The notes under the pieces are model-generated. The model did not search any database. It was not told the DNA's origin and saw only the letters and a program-made list of their open reading frames with translations. From Phycisphaerae bacterium (GTDB lineage Bacteria; Planctomycetota; Phycisphaerae; UBA1845), in the NCBI GenBank assembly GCA_029260075.1, contig JAJDDY010000012.1, positions 2,176 through 66,175 of the forward strand: a stretch of DNA of 64,000 nucleotides, written 5' to 3'. This document shows, piece by piece, positions 1 through 11,862 of this stretch. The position numbers and the translations under genes are program-made. The first letter of the stretch is position 1; every line of letters starts with the position of its first letter.

Positions 1-1059
1 ATATGCGTCGTCGCCGCCGTACGCTCTCCGAAAGACAGCTTGAAGTGCGTTCGACTTGAGGCCCAAAGCGACGTGCTATTTTTGTCAGCTACCGATCTCG
101 AACTGAGCTTGCGGTGCGCCGTGGCGCAGGTCGAGGTTGACGAGCCGGGCGATCTTCTCGTGGTCGCCGAAACGTTATCGAAAATCGTTCGCGAATGCGA
201 CGATGAAATACTGGATCTCCAAACGGATGCGAGCACATTGCACATTCGAGGATCCGGAAGTCATTTTCAGATCGTGACGCAGGGCGAGACGGACTTCCCG
301 CCGATACCGCTGCTCGACGGCGAAGCCGATGTAGCCGTGGAATATGGCACGCTGCTGCGTTTGGTCGACCTGACGTCGTTTGCGGCGGCGCGGGAAAGTA
401 CACGCTACGCCATCAATGGCGTGTTGTGGGAATTGTCGGAGAAAAGGCTGACGCTAGCGGCGACCGATGGTCGTCGCCTGGCTGTTGCTCATGGCGATTT
501 GCTTGAGGGCGGCGCCAAGGCTGGTGGTCGAGCGATCATTCCGACGAAAACGCTCACGCTATTGCAGCGACTCCCGGTGGACTCCGACGTGCGGGTTGGC
601 ATTCGTCTATCGGACAACCAACTGCTGTTAGACTTGGGGCGTGCGATGGTGAGCTCGGCGCTTGTTGAGGGGCAATTCCCGAAGTATCAGGACGTGGTAC
701 CGGCGGATTGTGATCGCGACGTGACGTTGAAGGTCGCGGAGTTGCACAGCGCGCTCAAGCGGGCGGCCCTTTTGACGAATGAGGAATCGAAGGGTGTGCG
801 GCTTTCGTTCGCCGACGGCACGTTGACGCTGTCGAGCCGGGCGCCGGAGCAGGGCGAAGCGACGATTGCCATGCCGGTCGAATATGGCCATGACGCGCTT
901 GAAATCGGGTTTAACCCCGTTTTTCTGCTGGACGTGCTTCGGGTGTTGAACGCCGATGAGCTGATTCTGTCGCTCAAAGCGTCGGACCGACCCGGTCTGA
1001 TTCGTCTTGGGGACGACTTTGTCTACGTGGTCATGCCGGTCAATCTTACCTCTGCCTAA
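1..1059 (+). CDS. dnaN: DNA polymerase III beta subunit (sliding clamp), 5' end cut by window edge
   Basis: Frame 1 is open from nt 1, with no stop before the listed ORF 40..1059. Translation (LSATDLELSL...ETDFPPIP...RYAINGVLWE...GFNPVFLLDVL) fits the three-domain beta clamp. About 20-25 N-terminal residues are missing. DUF721 and gyrB follow. Confidence 0.93.
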   Translation: MCVVAAVRSPKDSLKCVRLEAQSDVLFLSATDLELSLRCAVAQVEVDEPGDLLVVAETLSKIVRECDDEILDLQTDASTLHIRGSGSHFQIVTQGETDFPPIPLLDGEADVAVEYGTLLRLVDLTSFAAARESTRYAINGVLWELSEKRLTLAATDGRRLAVAHGDLLEGGAKAGGRAIIPTKTLTLLQRLPVDSDVRVGIRLSDNQLLLDLGRAMVSSALVEGQFPKYQDVVPADCDRDVTLKVAELHSALKRAALLTNEESKGVRLSFADGTLTLSSRAPEQGEATIAMPVEYGHDALEIGFNPVFLLDVLRVLNADELILSLKASDRPGLIRLGDDFVYVVMPVNLTSA

Positions 1060-4135
<3,076 letters not shown>

Positions 4136-4153
4136 CACCGGGGGAAAACCGCC

Positions 4154-4190
4154 AATGGATCACCGGCTGGAAGCCGGTGCCACACTTTTT
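4154..4190. terminator. Family-B hairpin repeat (copy B1, inverted orientation); probable bidirectional terminator
   Basis: AATGGATCACCGGCTGGAAGCCGGTGCCACAC followed by TTTTT. 8-bp stem CACCGGCT/AGCCGGTG with a 3-nt loop. Lies between the convergent stops of gyrB (4135) and the minus-strand regulator (4201). Confidence 0.6.
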
Positions 4191-4200
4191 CAACAGGCCG

Positions 4201-5559
4201 TTAGTCCAAGTCGAGTCGTTCGAGGCGATAGCGAAAAGCGTCGCGGCTGAGGTGAAGTAGTTTGGCGGCCTGCGTCTTGTTGTTTCCGGCGCGCTGGAGC
4301 GCTTGTTTGATGAAGGCGTTTTCTAGTTCCCGCAGGTCGATGCCGTTTTCCGGCAACTGGAGGGGGTCTGATTGGGGCACCGCGCGGCCGCCGCGGCCAA
4401 GCATTATGTCGTCGGCGACGATTGTTGTTCCGCCTGAGAGCAGGACGGCGCGTTCCGTCACATTTCTAAGTTCGCGTACGTTTCCGGGCCACGAATAGGC
4501 GGCCAGTTCGTCGTACGCAGCTTCGTCGATACCGCTGATGGGCTTTTTGAATTCGCGGGCGAAGTTGTGAACGAAATGTTGGGCGAGCAGGCGTACGTCG
4601 TCACCCCGTTCGCGCAGCGGTGGCAGCGTGATGGGAATCACATCCAAGCGATAGAGCAGGTCGCTGCGGAACTTGCCTTTTTCGATCAGGTCTTCGACTT
4701 CGCGGTTCGTGGCGGCGATGATCCGGACGTCTACCGATATCTCTTGCGTGCCGCCGACGCGTCGGAATGCCCGTTCTTCGAGAAACCTCAGCAGTTTGGC
4801 TTGTAGTGCCATAGGCATGTCGCCCACTTCATCGAGAAAAATCGTACCGCCGTCGGCGACTTCGAACAGCCCCTTCTTCGTGCCCTTGGCATCAGTGAAG
4901 GCGCCTTTCTCGTGGCCGAACAGCTCGCTCTCCAACAGCGTTTCGGAAAGTGCGGTGCATGTGATGTTCATGAACGCTTGACCCACGCGATCCGAGTTGT
5001 AGTGGATGATTCGGGCGAGTAGGTCTTTCCCGGTGCCGGATTCGCCACGGAGGAACACGGTGGATGCGCCGCTTTGCGAGATTCGGTTCAGCACCTCATA
5101 GAGTTTGAGCATGGGCGGTGATTGACCGATGATGCGGTCTACGTTGAATGTGTCCTGCATGTTGCGTCGCAGTTCGCGAATTTCGCGGCGGAGTTTCGTG
5201 GTTTCGAGGGCTTTGTCGATCGTGTGCAGTAGCTGCTCCATGTTGAACGGTTTGGTGATGTAGTCGTAGGCGCCGAGTTTGATGGCGTCCACGGCGCTTT
5301 CGATCGTGGAAAACGCGGTCATCATGATGACAATGACATCGCTGTTGTTCTTGCGAATTTTCTTGAGTACTTCCAGTCCGGTCATGTCCGGAAGTTTGTA
5401 GTCGAGCATCACGAGATCGATCGATGCGTCCTCAAGGGCGGCGAGGCCACGCTCACCGGTTTCGGCTTCCGTCACATGGTACTTGCGCCCTTCCATTTTC
5501 TGTCTGAGCGACCAGCGAATGAGTTGTTCGTCTTCTATGATTAAGATATTAATGGTCAT
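4201..5559 (-). CDS. Sigma-54-dependent response regulator (NtrC/AtoC family enhancer-binding protein)
   Basis: Receiver domain (DLVMLDYKLPDMTG); AAA+ domain with Walker A GESGTGKDL and a GAFTDA loop (GAFTGA variant); C-terminal Fis-type HTH (AAKLLHLSRDAFRYRL). Its ATG overlaps the kinase stop (ATGA at 5556-5559). Confidence 0.93.
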   Translation of the reverse strand: MTINILIIEDEQLIRWSLRQKMEGRKYHVTEAETGERGLAALEDASIDLVMLDYKLPDMTGLEVLKKIRKNNSDVIVIMMTAFSTIESAVDAIKLGAYDYITKPFNMEQLLHTIDKALETTKLRREIRELRRNMQDTFNVDRIIGQSPPMLKLYEVLNRISQSGASTVFLRGESGTGKDLLARIIHYNSDRVGQAFMNITCTALSETLLESELFGHEKGAFTDAKGTKKGLFEVADGGTIFLDEVGDMPMALQAKLLRFLEERAFRRVGGTQEISVDVRIIAATNREVEDLIEKGKFRSDLLYRLDVIPITLPPLRERGDDVRLLAQHFVHNFAREFKKPISGIDEAAYDELAAYSWPGNVRELRNVTERAVLLSGGTTIVADDIMLGRGGRAVPQSDPLQLPENGIDLRELENAFIKQALQRAGNNKTQAAKLLHLSRDAFRYRLERLDLD

Positions 5560-6764
5560 GGTTTCATTCTTTCCGCTGGGGGAGGCGCCTGAGACGGTAG
5601 TGTGACGGCGACGGTTGTGCCTTGCCCTGGTTCACTGTTTAGCGTGATCGACCCTTCGTTGGCTTGGACAAGTGTTCGGCAGATGGCCAGCCCCAGACCG
5701 GTGCCCTTAGCCTTGGTTGTGTAGAACGGTTCGAAGGCGCGTGTGCGAACGTCCGGTGTCATTCCGGAACCACTGTCCGTTACGACGAGTCGGGTCTGAT
5801 TGGCGTTCGCGATCACTTCGATAAGAACATCCTGACCGTTTTCTGACGCGTGGGCTGCGTTGATGACCAAGTTCATCAAGAGTTGTTCGAGGTGGTGCTC
5901 GTCGGCGCACACCGGAACCGGCGTCGGTGGATGTTGGTACACGACGCGTACGCGTTGAACGCTGGGTTCTTCGTGTAGCAAGGTCAGGACACGCATGGTG
6001 ATGTCGCTCAAGGAGACGACTTGCGTTCGTGGGCGCGGCGGGCGCGCATAGACAAGCAGGTCTTTGACGGTGTCGTCGAGGCGATTGATCTGCCCGAGAA
6101 TCTCTTTGATGATTGGTTGGTGCGGGTCCTCGGCGGACATCGTGTCGCGAATGACCTGGATCGCGCCGCTGATTCCCGCGAGCGGGTTTTTTATCTCGTG
6201 CGCGAGCGAAGCGGCCAGTTGGCCGATTTCCGCGAGGTGTTCCGCGCGGGTCAGTTTTTTCTCGAGCACCGAGCGCTCAGATTGTCGAACGCGATCGGAA
6301 GTTCCTTCCTTATAACTCTCCAGCATGATCGCCAGATCGAGCGACAGTATCTTGTGAACCGATCGGAGGTGTGTGTCGATGTCGGGAAAGTCCGTTCGTC
6401 GCAGCCGACACTCCAACTCATTCCAGATTAGCTCCACGCCCAGGACCATGAGGTGTTGACTCAGGCCGACGCGAACGTGCGTGGTTCCGATGGCTAGGCG
6501 TTTTTCGAAGTACGCGGTCTCGTAGGTTCCGCCGAAGACTTCGGTGAGCCAGATCGACACCAAATCCCTAAGGCGCCGAATCTGATCTTCGCCGTTTGAG
6601 AAGGCGTTCTGCGCGTCGGCGTCGTTGAGCAACACAGCGTAGAAGTGTTCGACGATAGCGGGAATGTGGTCAGCCGCCGTCGGGGACAATGCGACGAGTC
6701 GTCGGGTGTCGTCGTCAGTGAATCCGATCAGCGACTTCATTTCGGTGAATCGTTGCTGTTGCAT
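5556..6764 (-). CDS. Globin-coupled sensor histidine kinase (protoglobin domain + HisKA + HATPase_c)
   Basis: Start placed at ATG 6764 (MQQQRFTEMK). The N-terminus (FTDDDTRRL...VEHFYAVLL...YFEKRLAIGTTHVRVGL) fits globin-coupled-sensor domains and has a candidate proximal His. H-box LAASLAHEIKNPL; ATPase motifs NLVINAAHA, DSGSGM, GTGLGLAI. The 60 upstream codons of the listed ORF are Arg/Pro-rich and unlikely to be coding. Confidence 0.88.
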   Translation of the reverse strand: MQQQRFTEMKSLIGFTDDDTRRLVALSPTAADHIPAIVEHFYAVLLNDADAQNAFSNGEDQIRRLRDLVSIWLTEVFGGTYETAYFEKRLAIGTTHVRVGLSQHLMVLGVELIWNELECRLRRTDFPDIDTHLRSVHKILSLDLAIMLESYKEGTSDRVRQSERSVLEKKLTRAEHLAEIGQLAASLAHEIKNPLAGISGAIQVIRDTMSAEDPHQPIIKEILGQINRLDDTVKDLLVYARPPRPRTQVVSLSDITMRVLTLLHEEPSVQRVRVVYQHPPTPVPVCADEHHLEQLLMNLVINAAHASENGQDVLIEVIANANQTRLVVTDSGSGMTPDVRTRAFEPFYTTKAKGTGLGLAICRTLVQANEGSITLNSEPGQGTTVAVTLPSQAPPPAERMKP

Positions 6765-7220
6765 GGTGGACAGTTTAGCAGCCAGGCGGCGTACGTGCAG
6801 GGCGCGACCGGCGACTTTTGGGCGTTGTCGCGACCGGTTCCCAGCGTGACGTCGCCCACCGCGCGCAGACTGCGCCGGTCGAACCGGTCCGAAAACGTTC
6901 GCGCGGGGTAGTCGACTGTCTCGCTGCGGCGGACGCGGATACATGCTTGCGGCCTAGTGGCGCGGGCGCGAGGCCCCACATGCCCGACAAAAATGACGCT
7001 GACAGCGACCTCAGGACCTGAAACGCTCGATCATAGGCGTTCATTCTGCGGAGGCGGGCAAACTGTTGCTGTTCGGGCGTCAATCCCGATCTGGCTGGCC
7101 ATCTGGGTGTCGGAATCGAAATTACGCTTGGCGGATGGCACGCATCCTGCAGGAGTCGAAAGATTGGGGATCGCACAGGTTCGCGGGAATGGATGTGACT
7201 TAGTGGGAGGCGCTGGACCA

Positions 7221-7607
7221 GTGGGCAAGACAAAAGCCTATCAGCCATTGCGGGCCCGACTGCTGGTCGTTGAGCCCGAATCGCTACTTCGGTGGTCTCT
7301 GGTGACCTATTTGAGTCGCTACTTCGAGATCCGCAGCGTGACCGCGTGCGACGACGCTGACGAGATGGTTCGAACGGACCGGTTCGACGCCATCGTCATC
7401 TCCGATCAAATCGCGCCGGGGGTGGCAGCGAATATCGAACGTCAGGCGCGAGGCCGTAACCCGGCGGTGCGCATTGTCCGGACCGTCACCGACTCGCACG
7501 GCGAAGTCGAGGACGCCGCCCGTGTGCGATGGTTGGAAAAGCCCTTCCGGCTGGCGGAGTTGGCTGAACTATTGGGCGTGGGGCTCGCGAACAACTTCAA
7601 ACCGTGA
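7221..7607 (+). CDS. Single-domain response-regulator receiver protein with atypical acidic pocket
   Basis: LLVVEPE (instead of VVDDE), IVISDQIAPG (candidate phospho-Asp) and LEKPF (conserved Lys-Pro). GTG 7221 is chosen as start; the upstream part of listed ORF 6957 does not look protein-like. Divergent from the kinase gene. Confidence 0.5.
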   Translation: MGKTKAYQPLRARLLVVEPESLLRWSLVTYLSRYFEIRSVTACDDADEMVRTDRFDAIVISDQIAPGVAANIERQARGRNPAVRIVRTVTDSHGEVEDAARVRWLEKPFRLAELAELLGVGLANNFKP

Positions 7608-7646
7608 CGCGGCTCGTTACGCTCCGTTTCCATGCAGACAAAGGAG

Positions 7647-7671
7647 AGGCCCGGCGGGGTGAGCCGGGCCT
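7647..7671 (+). terminator. GC-rich stem-loop after the receiver gene
   Basis: AGGCCCGGC-GGGGTGA-GCCGGGCCT gives a 9-bp stem, 40 nt after the stop at 7607. It is followed only by TT, so intrinsic termination is uncertain. Confidence 0.35.
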
Positions 7672-7748
7672 TGGGGAAAACCGACCCATGGGGGGGACGG
7701 GTCGGTAAGGGGGTCGAATTTGCTTCTGCTTAATTTTTGATCAAATCC

Positions 7749-7783
7749 GAATCTTTCGCAAGGGAAATCTTTTGAAATCTTTT
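7749..7783. repeat. Short tandem motif GAAATCTTTT x2 plus a degenerate third copy
   Basis: GAATCTTTCG (7749-7758), GAAATCTTTT (7764-7773) and GAAATCTTTT (7774-7783), in an AT-richer stretch about 120 nt upstream of the 7904 ORF. Confidence 0.6.
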
Positions 7784-7903
7784 GCGATTTGCGTTCTGCG
7801 ATGCGCAACAAAGATTCACCGGCTGGAAGCGCGTCGAACGCTCGGGTACGATGGCGGCTTAAGTTTCGTTGTCGTCGTCGACGTTTCGGAAAGTAGTGAT
7901 CGC

Positions 7904-8203
7904 ATGCTTCAGTGTAAAGATTGTGAATTCTTTCGCGAGGGTCCGGGCGGGGTAGTGGAACTGGGCTGTAATCCGTTCACGAACATCAAAGAGCCGGAGT
8001 GCCTGGCCAAGTGGCAGCTTCACCAGCTTACTACGATTGCCAAGTCGCACGAAGCCACGCTATCGCTGTATCGGCGTTTGGCTCCGCTTCAGGAGAAGAT
8101 GTTTCAGCACATGGAGCGCGAGATCGACGACGCTGATGATGCGGATAGTTGGAAAAACCAGCCTGACGACGACGAGACGGACGACGATCCGTTTCGTCTT
8201 TGA
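7904..8203 (+). CDS. Hypothetical small protein with a 4-Cys zinc-ribbon-like motif and an acidic tail
   Basis: ATG 7904 (MLQCKDCEFF...GCNPFTNIKEPEC). CxxC plus Cx11C arrangement. The C-terminus is DDADDADSWKNQPDDDETDDD. Confidence 0.6.
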   Translation: MLQCKDCEFFREGPGGVVELGCNPFTNIKEPECLAKWQLHQLTTIAKSHEATLSLYRRLAPLQEKMFQHMEREIDDADDADSWKNQPDDDETDDDPFRL

Positions 8204-8224
8204 CAGCGCTACAGGACTGAACGC

Positions 8225-8767
8225 GTGTCAAGAATGAGGCACGCCGGCGTCCCGGCTCGGAACATGTTAATGCCTCGATCAGTGGTTGGTGTTATGGGTG
8301 GGTCGAAGGCGACGCCGAAGGTGATGGCTTCGGCGCGGCGACTCGGGTTTCTGATCGCTTCGCGCGGATGGGTATTGCTCAATGGCGGGCGCGACTCGGG
8401 CGTGATGGCGGCGTCGGCGGAAGGGGCACAGGAGGCGGGGGGTTTGGTCATTGGCGTGTTGCCGGGTGCGACGACCACGCGCGCCGCGCCCGGTGTCAGC
8501 GTCGCGATCGTTACTGGGCTGGGCGACGGGCGCAATGCGATCAACGTAATGTCGAGCGACGTGGTTGTCGCGTGCCGCGGATCGCTCGGTACGCTTTCGG
8601 AAATCGTGCTTGCGCTCAAACACAAAAAGCGCGTGATCTTGCTCGACTGCGATGTGGGTAAGGATTTCGACGCATACCGCAAGCGAGGGCAGCTTACCTG
8701 GGCGGCGACGCCCGAGGACGCCGTCGAACAGGTGGCGTTGGTGCTCAGTGAGACGCGCGGCGACTGA
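8225..8767 (+). CDS. TIGR00725-type / LOG-like (SLOG) Rossmann-fold protein
   Basis: VVGVMGGS...LLNGGRDSGVMAASAEGA...GLVIGVLPG...GDGRNAINV...CRGSLGTLSEIVLAL matches the GG..GvM / G.GT.EE pattern of the LOG/TIGR00725 family. Exact start is uncertain (GTG 8225 or a downstream ATG). Confidence 0.75.
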   Translation: MSRMRHAGVPARNMLMPRSVVGVMGGSKATPKVMASARRLGFLIASRGWVLLNGGRDSGVMAASAEGAQEAGGLVIGVLPGATTTRAAPGVSVAIVTGLGDGRNAINVMSSDVVVACRGSLGTLSEIVLALKHKKRVILLDCDVGKDFDAYRKRGQLTWAATPEDAVEQVALVLSETRGD

Positions 8768-8827
8768 CCGTCTCAGATCCTGTTAGCGATCGGATTGCGG
8801 CCATGCTCGAGCGATCGAGCCACGAAC

Positions 8828-9574
8828 TCATTCGTCTACTTTCAATGCGGTCAATGCCTTTCCGATAAAGCCAAACATGTCCGAATCGATCCCGGTTTGT
8901 GTTCGTAGTTCGGGTTCGTGTTTCCACACGCGGGCTACTGACTTTTCGATGCCCATGTCGCCGCCGGAAAACGCTTGAATGAGTGCTTGCCACCGCTTAG
9001 CGAGTTCTTTGACCGTGCCGCTGGTCGGATCGGTGCCCCGGTTCATCTCGATTTTGACCTCAGCGATAAGCGTCTTCCAGTCGGCTTCACCCTGACGAAC
9101 GGCGTCGTCGCCTAATGTTTGGCGTCGTTCGGTTAGATACGCCGTCTGTTCCGGTGTGTAATATTTTTCCAGTTGTTCTATCCGCCCGATCTCCTTAATT
9201 GTTTCCATGAATTCTTCGACCGATACGCGGTCTTTCGACGCGAGCCGATCGTGGATCGCCGTCAGGCGAGTGCGAAGCTTCTGTTGTACGTCTATTCGCT
9301 CGCCCAGTCTTCCGATGTGCATTTGGATCACGTCGATCGGCGCGTATTCTGGCCGAGCCAACACCTTGCGTACTTCTTCAAGGGAAAACCCAAGTTGCCG
9401 AAGCGATTTGATCTGCTGTAGTCGAACGACGTCGTCAGCACCGTAGAGCCGATGGCCCGAGCCGGTCCGGTGCGACGGTTCGAGCAGACCAATCTCATCG
9501 TAATAGTGCAGCGATCTAATAGAGACGCCCGTACGATCGGCCAAGTCGCCTACTTTCCAGAATGTTTCTTGCAT
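8828..9574 (-). CDS. MerR-family transcriptional regulator with TipAS-like C-terminal domain
   Basis: ATG 9574 (MQETFWKVGDLADRTGVSIRSLHYYDEIGLL), a MerR HTH. A long helical C-terminal domain resembles TipAS-type ligand-binding domains. Confidence 0.88.
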   Translation of the reverse strand: MQETFWKVGDLADRTGVSIRSLHYYDEIGLLEPSHRTGSGHRLYGADDVVRLQQIKSLRQLGFSLEEVRKVLARPEYAPIDVIQMHIGRLGERIDVQQKLRTRLTAIHDRLASKDRVSVEEFMETIKEIGRIEQLEKYYTPEQTAYLTERRQTLGDDAVRQGEADWKTLIAEVKIEMNRGTDPTSGTVKELAKRWQALIQAFSGGDMGIEKSVARVWKHEPELRTQTGIDSDMFGFIGKALTALKVDE

Positions 9575-9619
9575 CGTTCGCACTCCGTCCGTCGTTCGGT
9601 GTCCAACCCAACTGACTCA

Positions 9620-9650
9620 AGCGTACATCATCACGTAGCGTGAGGTGCAA
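9620..9650 (-). promoter_or_regulatory. Candidate MerR-type promoter with 19-bp spacer and internal dyad
   Basis: On the minus strand: TTGCAC (9650-9645), a 19-nt spacer, then TACGCT (9625-9620). The spacer holds the dyad TCACG-nnn-CGTGA (9631-9643). It lies about 45 nt upstream of the regulator ATG. Confidence 0.5.
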
Positions 9651-9764
9651 GAGATTTGTTGGCGAAAAACAAAAAAATATTCTGACGCGTACGGCCTCTG
9701 GATAGAGCGCGGACGTCCATTGCTCAACGGAGGAACACACCAGAGAGCCGTCAGCGCCGGATCA

Positions 9765-9900
9765 CTCGCGTGTGAGAAGATGCATTAGAGGGTTTGTGAG
9801 GAACTGAGCGGCGCCCGTGAGGAAGCGGTTTTTACCCGCGAGCCCAGATCGCTTCCTCACGGGCGCGGCTCGGCAGGAGGCTTCGCGCACACGTACTAAG
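9765..9900. repeat. Family-A nested palindromic element, copy A1
   Basis: Arms GAGCGGCGCCCGTGAGGAAGCGG (9806-9828) and CGCTTCCTCACGGGCGCGGCTC (9850-9871). Outer tail ends ...GCGCACACGTACTAAG. Confidence 0.8.
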
Positions 9901-10234
9901 AGCCGGCTGCTGTTGCTGATGTGGCTGCTTGTTGTTGGGCAGCCTTCGCGGCGCCGAGTATGGAATGTGATGTGTGTCCGCCGCAAACGGCCAGCGACGT
10001 CGTGCCGTAGCCGAAGCCCTTCATCCGATTGACCCAGAGTTGTGCTCCGGTGATAGGGTCGAGGCCGTAGGTGTATCCGTTCACTGCGACGAACAGGCGG
10101 TCGCGGTCGAGCAGGAGAGAAACAAAGCCCGATCCGTCGGGCGCCATCCACTGCCAAACGATCTCACCAGTCTGCCGATCGAGGGCTGCGATGCGTTTGT
10201 TGAATCCTACGTACAGCAGTTGTTCTGCGTTCAT
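9896..10234 (-). CDS. Short PQQ-like beta-propeller repeat protein (112 aa)
   Basis: ATG 10234 preceded by GGAGAT. Motifs: TGEIVWQW and ITGAQLWV. No signal peptide. Its stop codon lies in the terminal CTAAG of repeat A1. It could be a fragment. Confidence 0.45.
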   Translation of the reverse strand: MNAEQLLYVGFNKRIAALDRQTGEIVWQWMAPDGSGFVSLLLDRDRLFVAVNGYTYGLDPITGAQLWVNRMKGFGYGTTSLAVCGGHTSHSILGAAKAAQQQAATSATAAGS

Positions 10235-10447
10235 ACCGCCTATCTCCAAATTTCGCGAACCTGCGACATCCAAGTTTTATATCGCCTCATGCCGCAGAGC
10301 ACCAGCGTGCGGCGGTTCGTCTGGTGTTTCGTGTGATCGTCGCAGGGCTCGGCGTGAACAATCACCAGGCGCGTTCTTGGGGCGATGAGAGGGCGCCTCG
10401 TGTATCGACGCGTTTTGCGCGAGCAGGAGAACAAAGAGATCGAGCGA

Positions 10448-11761
10448 ATGGATTCCGAACCCGCAAGAGTTCGCGCGGTAGTGCCACTGCTTGACTACCA
10501 ACGCGCGGATGTCGAATCCGACGCGCGGTTTCGCTGGAACTGCTGGGCGCGACAAACCGGTAAGAGCTTCACGAAATCGCTTCGTCGGATCGTTCGCGGG
10601 CTTCGTCGCGGTCGCAATCAGATATTCCTTTCAGCCAGCGAGCGTCAAAGTCGTGAGCTGATGGACAAAGCTAGGCAGCACTGTCAGGCGCTGAAGATCA
10701 CGGCGGACTATTACGACAACCGGTCGTTTCGTAACCTGAGCGTCAAGCAACTTGAAATCGTTCTTCCGGGCGGCGTGCGCATCATCGGCCTGCCCGCGAA
10801 CCCGCAGACCGCCAGAGGGTTTTCGGGCGATGTGTTGCTCGATGAGTTCGCCATGCACGCCCAGGATCAGGAAATCTGGGCGTCGGTCTTTCCCAGCATT
10901 CTGCGCGGGGACGGCGAACTCGACGTAGCCTCCACGCCGAGGGGCAGGGGTGACACCTTCTACCGCCTTGGAAGTAACGACCGATTCGTCACGAGTACGG
11001 TGACGATCGATGATGCGATCGCGGACGGTTTGAGTGTCGATACCGTGGCACTTCGCGAGGCTATGGGCGACGACACGCTCTACCGGCAGGAGTTTCTCTG
11101 CGAGTTTCTTGACGAGTCCACGGCCTTTTTGACATTCGAGCAAATCGACGCGTGCGTGGATCCGGCACTACAACTTCATCAGCGTGTGGCGGAACTTTCG
11201 CAGGACGGACGCGATCTGTTCGTCGGTGTTGACGTCGGTCGGTTGCACGATCTGACGGTCGTTTGGGTCGTGGCTCGTGATGAAGACGCGCTGCCGACCG
11301 TGGCGGTGTTCACATTGTCGCGCACGCCATTTCGCGAACAGTTCGATCTGTTGTGCGCATTGCTCGATCTTCGAAGGGTGCGCCGTGTGTGCATGGACTC
11401 CGGCGGATTGGGTATGCAGCTTGCGGAACAGGCTGTCGAGCGTTTTGGAACGCACCGAGTGGAACCCTTGACATTTACGCCGGCGCTCAAGTCTCAACTC
11501 GCTTTGGGGTTGCGGTTGGCCATCGAGTCCGCCCGGATTCGAATTCCCGATGATCGGTCGATTCGAAACGACTGGCACTCGGTCGAACGCTCGGTGACAT
11601 CGACGGGACACTTTCGGCTCGCAGCCCCTCGTCGAGAGGGCAGCCACGCGGATCGGTTTTGGGCGGCGGCGCTGGCGGTTCACGCAGCGGCTGCGGGCAC
11701 CGGCACGATCGAATCTGTATCCATCAGGCCGTTGCAGTTTGCAAGAGCGGGAACCTGGTAG
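10448..11761 (+). CDS. Phage terminase large subunit
   Basis: ATG 10448. Walker A-like WARQTGKSFT, Walker B LLDEFAMH, nuclease-domain acidic motif VGVDVGRLHD. The portal gene follows. Confidence 0.85.
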   Translation: MDSEPARVRAVVPLLDYQRADVESDARFRWNCWARQTGKSFTKSLRRIVRGLRRGRNQIFLSASERQSRELMDKARQHCQALKITADYYDNRSFRNLSVKQLEIVLPGGVRIIGLPANPQTARGFSGDVLLDEFAMHAQDQEIWASVFPSILRGDGELDVASTPRGRGDTFYRLGSNDRFVTSTVTIDDAIADGLSVDTVALREAMGDDTLYRQEFLCEFLDESTAFLTFEQIDACVDPALQLHQRVAELSQDGRDLFVGVDVGRLHDLTVVWVVARDEDALPTVAVFTLSRTPFREQFDLLCALLDLRRVRRVCMDSGGLGMQLAEQAVERFGTHRVEPLTFTPALKSQLALGLRLAIESARIRIPDDRSIRNDWHSVERSVTSTGHFRLAAPRREGSHADRFWAAALAVHAAAAGTGTIESVSIRPLQFARAGTW

Positions 11762-11862
11762 ACATTCATACGAACGCGGTGGCCCATGGTCCGGACATCG
11801 CCAACCTCGTCGTCCATCGGATCGTCGCCTGCCTTGCGGCTGGCGGTGCGGAGAACTGAACC

